A stretch of DNA of 64,000 nucleotides. Origin: Eledone cirrhosa. Lineage: Eukaryota. Positions 1 to 14,672 of this stretch are shown here, piece by piece (positions within the stretch are counted from its first letter, which is position 1; every line of letters begins with the position of its first letter). The position numbers were made by a program, and so were the translations under genes. The notes under the pieces are model-generated. The model saw only the letters and a program-made list of their open reading frames with translations. It did not search any database and was not told the DNA's origin. Location of the stretch: positions 327,050,001-327,114,000 of the forward strand of contig OZ024741.1 of NCBI GenBank assembly GCA_964016885.1, written 5' to 3'.

Positions 1-200
1 GGCATAGCATATTGTTAATATGATATCCCTGAAATATATATAACGAAATAAATATGGTTTTATAATTATAGTTTCCATTTATTTAATATCGTAAATATAC
101 TCCAAATACTTGTCGAGTGCTTTTATATCAGTTATTAATATTTAGTAGTTGTAACCCAACAATTTAAATATAACTTTCCATGTATATATATATACATATA

Positions 201-231
<31 letters not shown>

Positions 232-268
232 GTATATATATGTATATATATGTATATATATATATACA

Positions 269-356
<88 letters not shown>

Positions 357-426
357 TGTATATATATATATATATATACATATATATATGTATATATATG
401 TATATATATGTATATATATATATACA

Positions 427-535
<109 letters not shown>

Positions 536-621
536 TAATTAGTTGGAGTGAAATTTTAGTAAGTAAGTCGATTTTCATAATTTTCTTATTTACGTCTTTG
601 ATATATATATATACATATATG

Positions 622-700
<79 letters not shown>

Positions 701-703
701 ATA

Positions 704-798
<95 letters not shown>

Positions 799-847
799 AA
801 GACGTAAATAAGAAAATTATGAAAATCGACTTACTTACTAAAATTTC

Positions 848-928
848 ACTCCAACTAATTAGTTTCTGTAAGGGAATAAATATGGTTACGGAACGTATCC
901 ACAGAGAAACCTTACGTCATCAGGGAGT
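848..928 (-). ncRNA. Type I hammerhead ribozyme (HH-A copy 1)
   Basis: Minus strand reads ACTCC-CTGATGA-cGTAAGG...CCTTACa-GAAA-CTAATTAG-TT-GGAGT. Stem I ACTCC/GGAGT, canonical core, stem II, palindromic stem-loop III, GUU site. The first stem II pair is a C-A mismatch. Confidence 0.8.
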
Positions 929-1374
929 CTATTCTCAGCTAAGCTTCCAGGCAATTCGAGGACACTGGGTACTTATATAAAAATAATTCAGTGGATGGAA
1001 AAAAGCGAGCAGGGACTAAATTCCAAGACATTGAAAAGATTCACTGCCTACTTGGTCAGTGGCAAATACTAAAAGAATCAATCACGTGACACTGAGGTTA
1101 ATCAGTGAGAAGTGGAGTGCTAATGAGACAAGGGCCTAGCCACTACCATGAACCATAGTAGTAATTTCGGCAAGTTTTGCTCAACAAATAATTTGGAGAT
1201 AATTATAAAGAATTAGTATATCTACCAACATATGTATACATATGCATACCTATGCTAGCAAATATATATGTTTTGTCTTAGTAACTTTGTGGTTCTATGC
1301 AAGGGGATGCAGAACAATTATATGAAAGACGTAAATAAGAAAATTATGAAAATCGACATACTTACTAAAGTTTC

Positions 1375-1455
1375 ACTCCAAGTAATTAGTTTCTTTAAGG
1401 GTATAAATATGGTTACGTAACGTATCCACAGAGAAACCTTACGTCATCAGGGAGT
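1375..1455 (-). ncRNA. Hammerhead ribozyme HH-A copy 2 (stem II and III substitutions)
   Basis: Same motif 527 bp downstream. Core intact, mismatches in stems II and III. Confidence 0.6.
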
Positions 1456-1799
1456 CTATTCTAAGCTAAGCTTCCAGGCAATGCGGGGACACTGGGTACT
1501 TATATAAAAATAATTCAGTGGATGGAAAAAAGCGAGCAGGGATTAAATTCCAAGTCATTGAAAAAATTGACTGCCTACTTGGTCAGTGGCAAATTCTAAA
1601 AGAATCAATCACGTGACACTGAGGTTAATCAGTGAGGAGTGGTGTGCTAATAAGACAAGGGCCTAGCCCCTACTATGAACCTCATTTATTTTTTCAATGT
1701 CTTGGAATTTAGTCCCCGCTCGCTTTTTTCCATCCACTGAATTATTTTTATATAAGTTCCCAGTGTCCCCGCATTGCCTGGAAGCTTAGCTGAGAATAG

Positions 1800-1880
1800 A
1801 CTCCCTGATGACGTAAGGTTTCTCTGTGGATACGTTCCATAACCATATTTATTCCCTTACAAAAACTAATTAGTTGGAGT
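1800..1880 (+). ncRNA. Hammerhead ribozyme HH-A inverted copy, probably inactive
   Basis: ACTCC CTGATGA CGTAAGG...CCTTAC AAAAA CTAATTAG TT GGAGT; the G of GAAA is replaced by A. Confidence 0.55.
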
Positions 1881-2043
1881 GAAATTTTAGTAAGTAAGTC
1901 GATTTTCATAATTTTCTTATTTACCTCTTTCATATAATTGTTCTGCATCCGCATGCATAGAAGCACAAAGTTACAAGACAAAACATATATATTTGCTAAC
2001 ATAGGTATGCATCTGTATACATATGTTGGTAGATATACGAATT

Positions 2044-2074
<31 letters not shown>

Positions 2075-2150
2075 CGAGGACGTTTTTCGATTTAGTCTTA
2101 TTCGGGAAACCTCTGGTAATTAGGTAAATATATTGTATTGTTTATTATAC

Positions 2151-2195
<45 letters not shown>

Positions 2196-2331
2196 CACAC
2201 ACACAAACATACACACATACACACACATATATACACACACATACACGCACACACAAACACACACACACATATATACAGTGGCGGGCTGGGTCTAGAAATC
2301 TTGGTTGCCAGGCGATAAAGGGAACCCACCC

Positions 2332-2401
<70 letters not shown>

Positions 2402-2420
2402 TTATATGTTATCAATGCAC

Positions 2421-3320
<900 letters not shown>

Positions 3321-3340
3321 GTAAATTATCATGTTGAGAT

Positions 3341-3524
3341 GCCAGTATCGGTAGAGGGACGAACGCCATGCTTTGCAGGATAGAGATGCGCCTCTTTATG
3401 ATCTGAGTTCATATCCCGCCGAGGATAACTTTGACTTTCATCCTTACGTGGTCGATAAAATATAGTACCTGTAATGCACTGAGATAATTGCTGGCCTACT
3501 GCCAATAGTATAAACAATTATTAT

Positions 3525-3525
<1 letters not shown>
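3341..3525 (+). mobile_element. tRNA-derived SINE copy (main SINE family of the window)
   Basis: B-box-like GAGTTCATATCC, core CTTTCATCCTTACG.GGTCGATAAAAT..AGTACC, (ATT)n tail. Confidence 0.8.
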
Positions 3526-3586
<61 letters not shown>

Positions 3587-3602
<16 letters not shown>

Positions 3603-4788
3603 CATAAAGTTGACGGCCGTATGTATGTAACAAACCTTTCGCCAAACGGCTGGACCAAAAAGCACCAAATTCGCACCATAGATTTTTTCCAAGTAAGAAA
3701 CTGAGGGTATTTTTCTCTTCTAAATTTCGTTAAAAAATTAAAGATATTTTATCTTTTATTTAAATATTCACTTCTTTAAAATGTTCAAATATCAATATTT
3801 CCGGCTATACCACATTCCCCTCCCATTCTTAGTCTGTCTTTTTAGATAGATATATAGCTATAACTTCGCGCCCTTATAATATGTCTCTGTATGTCTGCCT
3901 CTCTGCATTAGATACATAACTATAACGTCGCTCGCTTATAATATCTGTCTATCTTCAGGAATCAAAGTATCGTCTTCCTGTTTCCCTTCGGCTGCAACGT
4001 TTTTAGAAATAGTTACTTCTGTGTTCACAGATTGATTTTTTTAGTTTCAGAAGTTGCCGTTGAGGCTGAAAGCAGCGATTCTTTTCTTAAACTTGAATCT
4101 GTTATTTTAATATATATATATATTTATATATTTATGTACAGATATTTTTGCATACACAAAAACTATATATATATATATAAACAAACGTATCTATTTCACG
4201 AAAGCTCAGACGGCATATCGTCATTTTACTGCCGATATGCCACCCAAAGAGTCCCAGCCTGGCGGCAAGATCAGATTTTCCGGAAGAAAAAATATTACTA
4301 GAGGAACAGAATGACTAAGCTTCGCTATTACCATCAACAAAGCTCAAGGTCAAACCCTAAAAGTTGCGGGCCTTCATCTGGGAAAACCATGATTCTCCCA
4401 TGGTCAATTGTATGGAGGATATCTCTAGGATGAGCTCGCCAAACAATCTCTTCATCTTTGCTCCCGAGGGCCGAACAAAACATATTGTATACTCTGAGCC
4501 TCTAACAATATAATTTATGTATTTTCTGTTACTTGGAATTTCCATTATGGTTGTACAAATTATTGTAAAGTTTGTTAAAAAATCTGTTCTCTGTTCAGCC
4601 TTTATTGTTGTAACTATCAATTTTCTTTACCGTACTGGATGCTGAACTGGGGAATCCTAAAAACTATTCAAACCCACGTTAAGCCTCGCTTACTTGAGAG
4701 GGCGTGCGGTTTCTTTGCACTTGGGTGAAGCCTGCAAAGTTAAAATGCCGGTATACCTAGCCGGGCGCCAGCCGGACACGCCAGCTAG
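3587..4788 (+). mobile_element. Internally deleted Helitron
   Basis: Carries a Pif1-helicase C-terminal remnant and ends in GC-rich GCCGGGCGCCAGCCGG...CTAG followed by T (CTAG 4785-4788). The 5' boundary is approximate. Confidence 0.7.
4321..4513 (+). pseudogene. Helitron RepHel Pif1-like helicase C-terminal fragment
   Basis: Translates FAITINKAQGQTLKVAGLHLGKP*FSHGQLY then, after a frameshift, SRMSSPNNLFIFAPEGRTKHIVYSEPL. Matches Pif1 motifs V/VI (FAMTINKSQGQT, FSHGQLYVA.SR). Confidence 0.9.
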
Positions 4789-6173
4789 TATATATATATT
4801 TATTAAAATAACAGATTATAGTTTAAGCAAAGAATCGCTGCTTTAACCCTTAACTAGATCTTCTGAAACTAACAAAAATGAATCTGTGAACGCAAAAGTA
4901 AATATTTCGGAAAACGTTGCAGCCGAAGGAAAACAGGAAGACTATACTTTGATTTGTGAAGACGTTTCCTGGCAATGAACGGAAAAAGCGAAGATAATAC
5001 GTCGTAATGTGGAGCGCTAAGAACAATTACACGCGAAGACAAGCCCTCTTTGGATTTTAGCCTTCACATTTATTATTATTTCTATATATATATATATTTT
5101 TCAACGTATAACTTGAGTGAACGAAAAATATTTTCTATCAAATCAAAACTACTTTTGGCTCCGTTAAAACAGTGGGTCTCTTTCAGACTTCCAGAATAAA
5201 TTCCTCCCCATGTGACCCTATATCTCCTCTATTCCACCGATTGTTTTAAATTTTCAGTTCGTACTATTTTCACAACTGTACATATACAATGTTGAATAAT
5301 TAAACAATTTTTTAACCAACTTAAATTATTAATTATATTTGAAATCTAAATACGTGATCATCCTTATATATGTGTATATATATATTCCTTGGTTATATAC
5401 AATGATCGGTTTATAGCCTGAAAAGCTCATAGGCTGACAAAGATAATCTTATGGAATGACCAAACGAAGTTTATTTTTCAACATAATCGCTGGAAGGAAA
5501 CACTGCAGTTATAAGAAGAGGCGAAATTAATACACACAAGTTGTCAATGTCCTAGTTTAATCCTTCTTAATCAGCCACTCTCGTGCATTATTAAGTTTTT
5601 TGTCAACTATAAATACGTGATCACACTTATAGTTGTGTATATTGGTATTAACGTAGCTATATACGCAATGCACAGGTTCGGTTCCTCCATCTAACGTCTC
5701 TCCCACCAATTCCCATTTTGGCTAGATTTTGTCACATGTTAATTGAGACTTGATTTCAAGTCTTATGTAAATTAATGTATATTTCAATAAATTTTGTGGG
5801 TTTAAAATATCCGACAGTTCTAACATTCTAGAAAATCGATGGACGTTTCTACCGATTGAACATTAAAAAACGCGCCAGAGGAAAACTTCATGACACTGGT
5901 TACAAAATAGCATACATGTGTATGGGTGAATGTATATATATATATATATATTATATTCTATTACACACATACACAAACGCACGCTCACACTCACACACAC
6001 AGACAGACACACATACAAACACACTCGCACGTATATATATATACAAGAATCTACCTATCAATTATATTAGCTTCGTGCGGTCTCCCAAATTTGATTTATA
6101 CAACCGGTCGAGCACATTAACCTTGGAATTTAAACACAGTTATATGCATATATACATATATATATATTTATAA

Positions 6174-6220
<47 letters not shown>

Positions 6221-6312
6221 TTATATATATATATATATATACATATATATAAATATACATATATATATATATATATATACACATATATATATATATATAA
6301 ATACACATACAC

Positions 6313-6408
<96 letters not shown>

Positions 6409-6769
6409 CTTTCACTCACCCTGTCTCTCTCTTTGTATATATATATAGATATGTGTATATACATTTAAATTTAAACTAAGTTAATTTACATTTTAACAAA
6501 TATATTTCTTCAAATATTTATGTACTTACTTCACTGAATAATATGTCAATTTTAATAATGTAACATATAACGTGTTCCTATTTCCCCACCCCCACACTTA
6601 TTTACCGTTTTACATAGCAATTACTATTCTATTCCTATGTATTCATTCCATCATGTACAACTGTCCCTAAAAATAACAAGCCTAAGGCTTCTCCACTTTT
6701 ATACCCAATTAAATTTTCTACTCTGCGTAAATAATTTAGTTGGGATTTATTCTTGAATAATGGTTTCTT

Positions 6770-6958
6770 ATATAGGCACAAGGGCAGCAATTTTGGAGGA
6801 AGGTAAAGTCGATTAAATCGAGCCCCAGTGCATGACTAGTATTTAATTTTATCGACCCCGTAAGGGTGAAAGACAAAACAAACCTCGGCGTGATTTGAAC
6901 TCAGGGCCGTAACTCTATGCTGCAAGGCATTGTGTCCGACCCGCTATCGATACTGCCA
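6770..6958 (-). mobile_element. tRNA-derived SINE copy
   Basis: Reverse complement of the SINE consensus (TTTATCGACCCCGTAAGG..GATTTGAACTCAG..GATACTGCCAAT). Confidence 0.8.
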
Positions 6959-7065
6959 ATAACGTATCAAAGTTTCCTAGCAGTGTCCACAGGTAGAAAA
7001 CTCGAAATACTCCATAAATCTTGACGATGTTTCAGATTTCCCTCCACATTCATTTTATCGTTGAC

Positions 7066-7153
<88 letters not shown>

Positions 7154-7157
7154 CGCA

Positions 7158-7198
<41 letters not shown>

Positions 7199-7207
7199 AC
7201 ACACACG

Positions 7208-7295
<88 letters not shown>

Positions 7296-7448
7296 TATGT
7301 ATATGTGTGTGTGTTTATTTAATATATATGTATATATGTATAATAATCCACAGAGAGAAGCGGAACTGGCAATATCATGATTACTTCTCAAACAGTTAAC
7401 CATGCCGTATATACTTATATATATACATACTTATATATATATACATAC

Positions 7449-7522
<74 letters not shown>

Positions 7523-8394
7523 AACAAATTAAAAGATGGTTAAAAAAGTTCCATATATTTTAATATGCGCATTTCAAAACCAAATATCATCCTGGGACGA
7601 TATATAAATATATTCGCTTCAATATGGTGGTTTACCACTGCGTAGAATTGGTCATTCAGCAATGTTAACATTGACGTTTCAATGCAAAAGCACTCAACAT
7701 CATGCAACTCATCCAGTAAGATGTTGTATGACGAAAACAAGTCTGCTTCACAACTCCGACCAAGCCCTGAACATATCCACACTGGAACAGTCAAAACCCC
7801 ATAGGACTTTAAAACGTCCACACGACGCCTCCTCTTCCTGGCGTCCTATATCTCATGCTGACTGAATTCTACAGTTATGATTTTTTATTTCTCGTTATTT
7901 ACATAAACGGTTACTGCTCAAACCATACACTACATCTCATCTGATATCACCTCTATCCTTATTCTATTATTTTCAAACTATACTTTGAAAATTATTTTTT
8001 AATTTTTCAACTTCACCGTTTCTAAGCTTTACTGGTTTTTGAGCTCTGCAGTTTATTTGTTTATTTGTTTATATGTAACACCCTATTTGTTATTTTGTAT
8101 TCCTATATATTATATTTTTTTATTTTTATTTTTTATGTTTACTTTTATTTTGATATTTATTTTTATGTGTTTTTTTACTCCCATGACTACCATTCGGTAT
8201 TTGCGAACGGTTAGATTTTTTTATAGGCATTTTACTCATCCTTTACCTAAATTCTTTTACCTTCTATGTCCCCGATACATTATACTTTCCATTAATTAAT
8301 TAAATACTCCTTCGCATATTCATCATTAACTATATGTATATATGTTTAATTAATTGTTCCACCTGCCTCTTAGGATACATTCGCTATATAATAT

Positions 8395-9005
8395 CTCGTT
8401 ATAATATATAACCAGCAATTTCTCTGTCTGTCTGTCCGACAGTGGAAACACGTGCGCGCGTGGTTGCTATATCTCTCTCTCTCTTCAGCTATCCCTCGCT
8501 TTTAGTCTGTCTGTTTCTCTCACTCTCAATCTTTCTCTTTGTAACACACTAACATTCATCCCCTCTATCGCTATGAGGAATGGGGAGATGGAGGAGGAGG
8601 AGGAGAGAGTTACTTCGTCACTTCACATCTGCCTTTCTTTCTCTCCCCTCTCACTCCCTCATTGCGTACAGACATTAGGGCGGTGGATTGGCAGAATCTG
8701 TGGAGAGTCGGACACCATGCTTCATAGCATGGAGTTACGTCCCTTTACGGTCTTAGTTCAAATACCGCCGAGGTTAACTTTGCCTTTCATCCCCACAGGT
8801 CGATAAAATAAAGTACCAGTAATGTACTGGTTAATTGCTGGCCTTGTGCCAAAGGTAGAAACAATTATTAGAAATATTGCTTCATTTTTACATATCTAAG
8901 CATTAGTAAAATAACTAATAATTAATAATTTCAAAAGTAATGTTTCTATTCCAATTGTTATGAACAGCAAAACATTAATAATAATTATACATTTCTGTGT
9001 GTGTA

Positions 9006-9042
<37 letters not shown>

Positions 9043-9595
9043 GAAATATATGGGCATTTCTCTGTTTGTCTGTCTGTCTGTCTGTCTCTCCTTCCCTAAA
9101 ACTCAAATGTAGGTGCTACAGGTATATTACCTTCCTCTTCCTTTCTCCGCTTTGGTACTACCAAGAGAAACACTGTCGCTATAGAAACATTACCTTCCCC
9201 TCTCCACTGACTTTGGTCACTGAGGCCGAGGGAATCGCTGGTTGCTATAGAGACACCTTGCACAAGCCAGAAGTAACCAGTTCGAGGCGGTTTTGACTTT
9301 ACACCATGCCAAGGACCATTTGAAGATATATTTCCATCGTTATATCATAACGTTTATGTATCATAACGTTTATATTTCCGTCACTAATCTCTTTTTCTCC
9401 TTTTTCGTTTTAACATATATTTATTTCAAAGATTTCACCGTATAGATAACATATATATTTATACATGCATAAAAGACACACGGAGAGACGGTGAACATGT
9501 GGTGCCGAAAACATTTCTCATCCAAATCTCAACAATATCAGTATATACACTAGATTTGCTAGCAGAAAACCGCCCACCGGGTGGTTTTCTGCTAG
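8395..9595 (+). mobile_element. Non-autonomous Helitron-like element with terminal hairpin (contains a SINE at 8678-8869)
   Basis: Ends in the hairpin CTAGCAGAAAACC..GGTTTTCTGCTAG. The same terminus occurs inverted at 36860. The 5' boundary is approximate. Confidence 0.5.
8678..8869 (+). mobile_element. tRNA-derived SINE copy
   Basis: GGGCGGTGGATTGGCAG head, TAGTTCAAATAC B-box, conserved core, GTAGAAACAATTATT tail. Confidence 0.85.
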
Positions 9596-10575
9596 TCTAT
9601 ATATATAAAATAGAGGATGTCTGTGTAAATCAATAAAACTTGAGGAGTACCCGACCGATATTTTTCAAACTTTACACATGTGTTACTTATATTTCTTGAA
9701 GTGCAATGGGCTATTTTCACTGTTTCTGCATTAGGCAAAAGACACCATTTTTTAAGAAAGTTTAAGGCTTTTTTGAGGCGTAATTTAAAGATAATCCACC
9801 CCATTTCCTCTAAAGTTGCAGCACACATTAGTTACTCCCCTCGCATTGCTGTGGAGAAAAAAAAAATTCCGCTTCTATTAATGGTTTCTAGGAAATTTAC
9901 GAATTAGAATTGGGCATTACATGCCATTTTCATTTTCAATATAAACGCTACTTAAACAACGTAAGTAGCGTATAATATTTCGTTAAAAATTTGGTTTATT
10001 TAACCGAAGACACAACTCTTACCTTCAATGGGTGGGGGGTGAGGAGGACCTCAACATTTTTGTCGGCGCCCTGTTGACGCGTGTCCTTTCATCACGCGCA
10101 AATCCGGGCCTTGTGTACGTTGCCGTGGTATTGACACCGTAAAATTCACATATGTGCTACTTCTACTAAGACACTTTTGTTGCACGTACACCGCATTATG
10201 AACGCCCTGCGCAGGTACGCCGAACAGCGGTTGTGCTAATTCTGCGGTGAACCCTTTTGTCGCACCTTTGTTGCTATGTTGTGAATCTATAAATCTCAAA
10301 AAGTACCTAACCGAATTTCTCCAAATGGAAGAAATATTATACGCTAAGATTTAGTACGCTTAACGAGTATCCAGCTGATTTTCTTCAGATATTTCACATG
10401 CATGCAGATGTTTCACGATTCAGGCCTGCTGATGTTCAACATTTCGAGTAGATGAACAATCATCCCCTAAGAATAAGGGAATTCAAAAAGTACACAGCTA
10501 CATTCCTCAATCTCTGCATATGCGTGTCGCCATTTCACGTTTCTTACCACGTGTAATGCCGGATCCTGCTTCTAG
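9596..10575 (+). mobile_element. Non-autonomous Helitron-like element
   Basis: Starts TCTATATATATAAAA..TGTCTGTGT..ACCGATATTTTTCAAACTTT and ends in a degenerate hairpin plus CTAG|T (10572-10575). Confidence 0.6.
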
Positions 10576-11340
10576 TATAATATACAATAGTTTCTTTGTA
10601 TCGTAGTGATAGCCTGGTTGGAATGTATGTACCTTGCCTACATGTACGTAGATTACACCCAGTATAACTGTTGGACTGGCCCGAACGTGGAACCTAGGGG
10701 CAGCTGGGGATTGTGTATTGTTTTTCCTCCCTCATTGAATCCTGCATAGCTTCAGTGTTGATACATCTTGACCTTTGATGGTGTTGATACTTCTTGAATT
10801 TGGATGACTAAGTATACATGGCATATATTATGACAGAGGCTGGCTATGGATACCCTTCTCGCTGCATTCAATGCGGCTGGGTCTGTCCACCTCCTTGAGT
10901 GCTTTGAAATAGATTTAATTTCCATTTTCTACGATTTACCGTAATACTTGGCACGATCGGTGGACCTTTGGTTCCTATATGTATGGGTGGGGTGTTGCCT
11001 TCTTCAGGTGTTGTTAACCGCTATACCTTAGTACTAACATTGAACTATAAATGGAACCCACAACGGATAGTAACTTAGCTTAGCTTAACTAACATTATGT
11101 TACTTGTTTGCTAGGTCCCTGATTCACACAACTCTATAATTAGAAACACTAACGTAACTGGTCTCTGTTTTTTTCTTTCCTTGTTTCCCTAACGTTTACC
11201 ATCAGTCCGTTGATATACCTGTATTACGCAATTTAGAGCTGAAGATATACGCAACCTGGCCACTGAAATATGTATAGCGTTTGCAGAAATAAATAATTAA
11301 TTAAGGAAATTCAACATATTTGGCCTCCTATCATTCCCCT

Positions 11341-11384
<44 letters not shown>

Positions 11385-11396
<12 letters not shown>

Positions 11397-11428
11397 GAAG
11401 TTTACATACGCATAAACTAGACAGAGCC

Positions 11429-11516
<88 letters not shown>

Positions 11517-12282
11517 TTTTTGGCAACCATTCTCGGTGTGGCACAATGACGAATTAATTAATTAAATAATCAACAGTCAGAGCAATATATAAAAAAGTAA
11601 GTCCATAGAATTATTTTATCAAATATATACAGTATTTCTTCTCCCAATCAGCATAATCAACCACATAAAAAATCATTTAAACGAGGCTATAAGTTTAAAA
11701 TGTACCTATGAAGAAATAATAGATAAATAAATTATAGCTTTTTATCCGCAGCCACAGCCACACAATATTTACCTAGTATTTCTGATAGCCTGTAGAAATT
11801 AACTAGACATATAGTTAACCATACATAATTAGGTACAAAATCAAAGCTAGAAGAAAAAATGTACATAAACATACCAAAATCATATCTCTAACCCCGGAGG
11901 ATTCATTCGCCTTTTGGAAATATCCGATCATGGATAAATCAACGAGTTTCGAAATTATCAGGAGACAAACTCAATTGGACGAAATTGTTTCTTAAATGAT
12001 CCTCGCCAGAAACGAATTCGAAATGGCTAAGAATTGTCACATGGCCAGTGGTCAAGACAGAACGCTGGTGATTGGTGCCTGTCGGCTTGTAGGCTGGTTG
12101 CTAGAAAGCGCAGCCGAATACTGCCTATGGTTTTCCTCAACCTTACGGGAGTATATAAAATATAGAAGTATACATACACATAAACTACATAGAGCCATAT
12201 ATATATATATATATATATATGTTTTTGGCAACCATTCACGGTGTGGCTCAATGACAAATTAATTAATTAAATAATCAACAGA
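11385..12282. repeat. Non-coding element with direct terminal repeats (~770-bp period); partial copy at ~32690-32945
   Basis: ATATAAAATATAGAAG..CAGAGCCAT..TTTGGCAACCATTC.CGGTGTGGC.CAATGAC..ATAATCAACAG duplicated at ~11385-11577 and ~12152-12281. Confidence 0.7.
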
Positions 12283-12491
12283 AATACTAGGTACATCTTC
12301 TGTGGCTGTGGATGGCGGATAAAAAGCTATCATTTATTTATCTATCACCACCATGTATCATGAATGCTTTAAAATGAAGTAATGTAAAAACAAGGACTTT
12401 AAGTCAACAGGTTAAAATTAATTTTGTGTATATATTGCAGCGAATATGAATAAACGAAATTAATTTTAACCTGTTGACTTACACTTCTTGT

Positions 12492-12542
<51 letters not shown>

Positions 12543-13012
12543 CATGTGTGTGTGCGTGTGTGTATGTGTGTATGTGTGTGTGTGTGTGTGTGTATGTATG
12601 TAACTATGTATATATGTGTATATATGTGTGTGTGTGAATATATATATATATATAATATATATATAGCTGCCTTCTATGCAGTTATCTGTCTATCTGTTGC
12701 CACCTCGTTCTTATACTGGAGAAATCACTTGGAATCATTATCTATAAACTACTGAACTATCATTTATAATATATGTAATTGTATATACTATTGATATCAT
12801 AATGCAATAAAATGTTGATTCGAAATTTCCAGAATTATCATTTCTTATCTTTAAATTATGCACTACCCTGTATATCAATTTCCCAGACCATTTCTAATGT
12901 ATAGATACAAGATATAGAATACGGCCGGTCTTTGTAAATTACTTTCTATTATCATTATATTTTATATATGGTTTGCTATATGTTTTACTTCGTGTTACCT
13001 ACAAGACAGTTG

Positions 13013-13330
13013 AAGGCACGTGGCCATGCTGTAAGCGTATTGGAGTTATGAGGATAATGTCAGGGGTTCGATTTCTGGAATGGGTTGTGGTCGTCTTCTT
13101 GAGCAAAAGACTTCATTTGGACTAACGAGCATAATGTAATGTGATTGATTTTAGGACTGGGTTGTGTGTTGTCTTATTGAGCAAAGCATTTCATTTCACG
13201 TTGCTTCAGTATAAGTATACGGAGCTGAAAATGAGTATCAGCAATAGCTGGAGGATACTCGCAGTCGCATAACGCCATGGAAACCCGGATAAGAACAGGC
13301 TTAATGAGCCATCGGAATCGAGACAAGCAT
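13013..13330 (+). mobile_element. Older tRNA-derived SINE of a second family (CORE/V-like body)
   Basis: GGCACGTGGCC..GGGGTTCGATTTC head followed by GTCTT.TTGAGCAAAGCATTTCATTTCAC. Confidence 0.5.
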
Positions 13331-13651
13331 TTTATACAAGACAGTTAGTTAATGTTAACACTTAAAATCATCGACTTCAGTTTGTCTATGAATTATAGGG
13401 AATCATATAATGATAAATTACTAAGACGATGTCTACTTGTAGTCTAGACAGTAATTTAATTACTACCAACACCACACGACGGTATTCATTATTCACTGAA
13501 TTGTGTCTTGTCATATCTGTCTAGAACTGGACAAGCCAGCCGACGTCTACACTAAGTAGTCATAAGTGGAACTTCTTCATATCATGTTTTTTTTTTGTTT
13601 TCTCTCTTTTCACACATATACACACTCACACACACATACACCCGCACACAG

Positions 13652-13829
13652 GAGAGGCAAACTCTGAAACAAAAAACTGCTGCTTCGGAAGCATCCGATG
13701 ATGTTTACCAGTTCTCTTTTTCGGGTAGTGTTTTCGATGTACAGAGAGTGGGATTGGTCGAGTGCAAGGCCTTTCCCCACTTGAAAAGCCTTCAAAGCAC
13801 AAGCGTTGCTTTTTCAGGATATGTTACAG
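13652..13829 (+). CDS. Candidate internal exon of a host Ig-domain protein (phase 0 to phase 1)
   Basis: Pyrimidine/CA tract plus CAG acceptor, ACAG|GTTTGT donor. Only one frame is open: ERQTLKQKTAASEASDDVYQFSFSGSVFDVQRVGLVECKAFPHLKSLQSTSVAFSGYVT, with an Ig F-strand-like G..EC.A. Confidence 0.55.
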
Positions 13830-13998
13830 GTTTGTGTGACTGGTTGTAGTCTAAAAGTGGTCCAAACTCTATAATCCTCCAAGCAATTGCAGTACTCTTA
13901 GCAGAGTTTGCAGCCATCATGTATCTATATGTATTACTTCACGACTTGAAACAAGCCGAAACCGCTTGACGCCGTGGTCCGAATTGTACTTGTATCCT

Positions 13999-14083
<85 letters not shown>

Positions 14084-14099
14084 CGATCAAATAGCAACG

Positions 14100-14672
14100 A
14101 AAGTTGGAAGATCACTGATGAAGGACTAATTTTATTCATATGTAACCCATGTGCAACCACGCAGCGCTCCATTTTTCTCAGATTTATATTTTTTCCTCAG
14201 CTGCGATTGTCTGTTTCTTTCTTACTCTCTCTCCTCTTTTTACCCCCTCTGCCAGTCACACTCTCTCTCTGCTGGTCTCTTCCTCACACTTCCACTCACT
14301 CACTCTCTGCTTCTCCCCCTCTCTCACTTCCTCCCGTTTGACCTGTGTGAAATTCTTTTCTCGCTCACATCTCACCCATGTCGGATGGTCTGTATCTCTC
14401 GCCCATGAATTCACCGAACTTAAGCTTACAGATTTCATGTGCTTGTCTCTTCCTATCTTTCCGTTGCCATACCATTGATGTTTGTTTACATGTCTCGCAC
14501 GTTTCACCCTATTTTACTTGTCCCAATAACTTTATTTGTTATTGTTCGCGCTAACTAGAGCTATATGAATTTTAAAGTGATGAAATACCAATGAAAGTTA
14601 GAAGATCACTGATGAACGACTAATTTTATTCATATGTAACCCATGGGCAACCACGCTGCGCTCCATTTTTCT
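14100..14672. repeat. Non-coding element with direct terminal repeats, related to the 33063-34350 tandem unit
   Basis: GAAGATCACTGATGAA.GACTAATTTT..CAACCACGC.GCGCTCCATTTTTCTCA at ~14107 and ~14600. Shares TTGTCC.AATAACTT..TTGTTATT and ATCACTGATGA blocks with the 33-kb unit. Confidence 0.65.

Larger units (their letters stand above)
798..1680 (-). repeat. Tandem direct repeat, 527-bp unit (about 1.7 copies), each unit carrying a hammerhead ribozyme motif (family HH-A)
   Basis: AAAGACGTAAATAAGAAAATTATG recurs at 798 and 1325. An inverted copy follows at ~1690-2047, a 65-bp inverted piece lies at ~534-600, and further copies are at ~50365-51045. Flanked by (TA)n. Confidence 0.9.
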
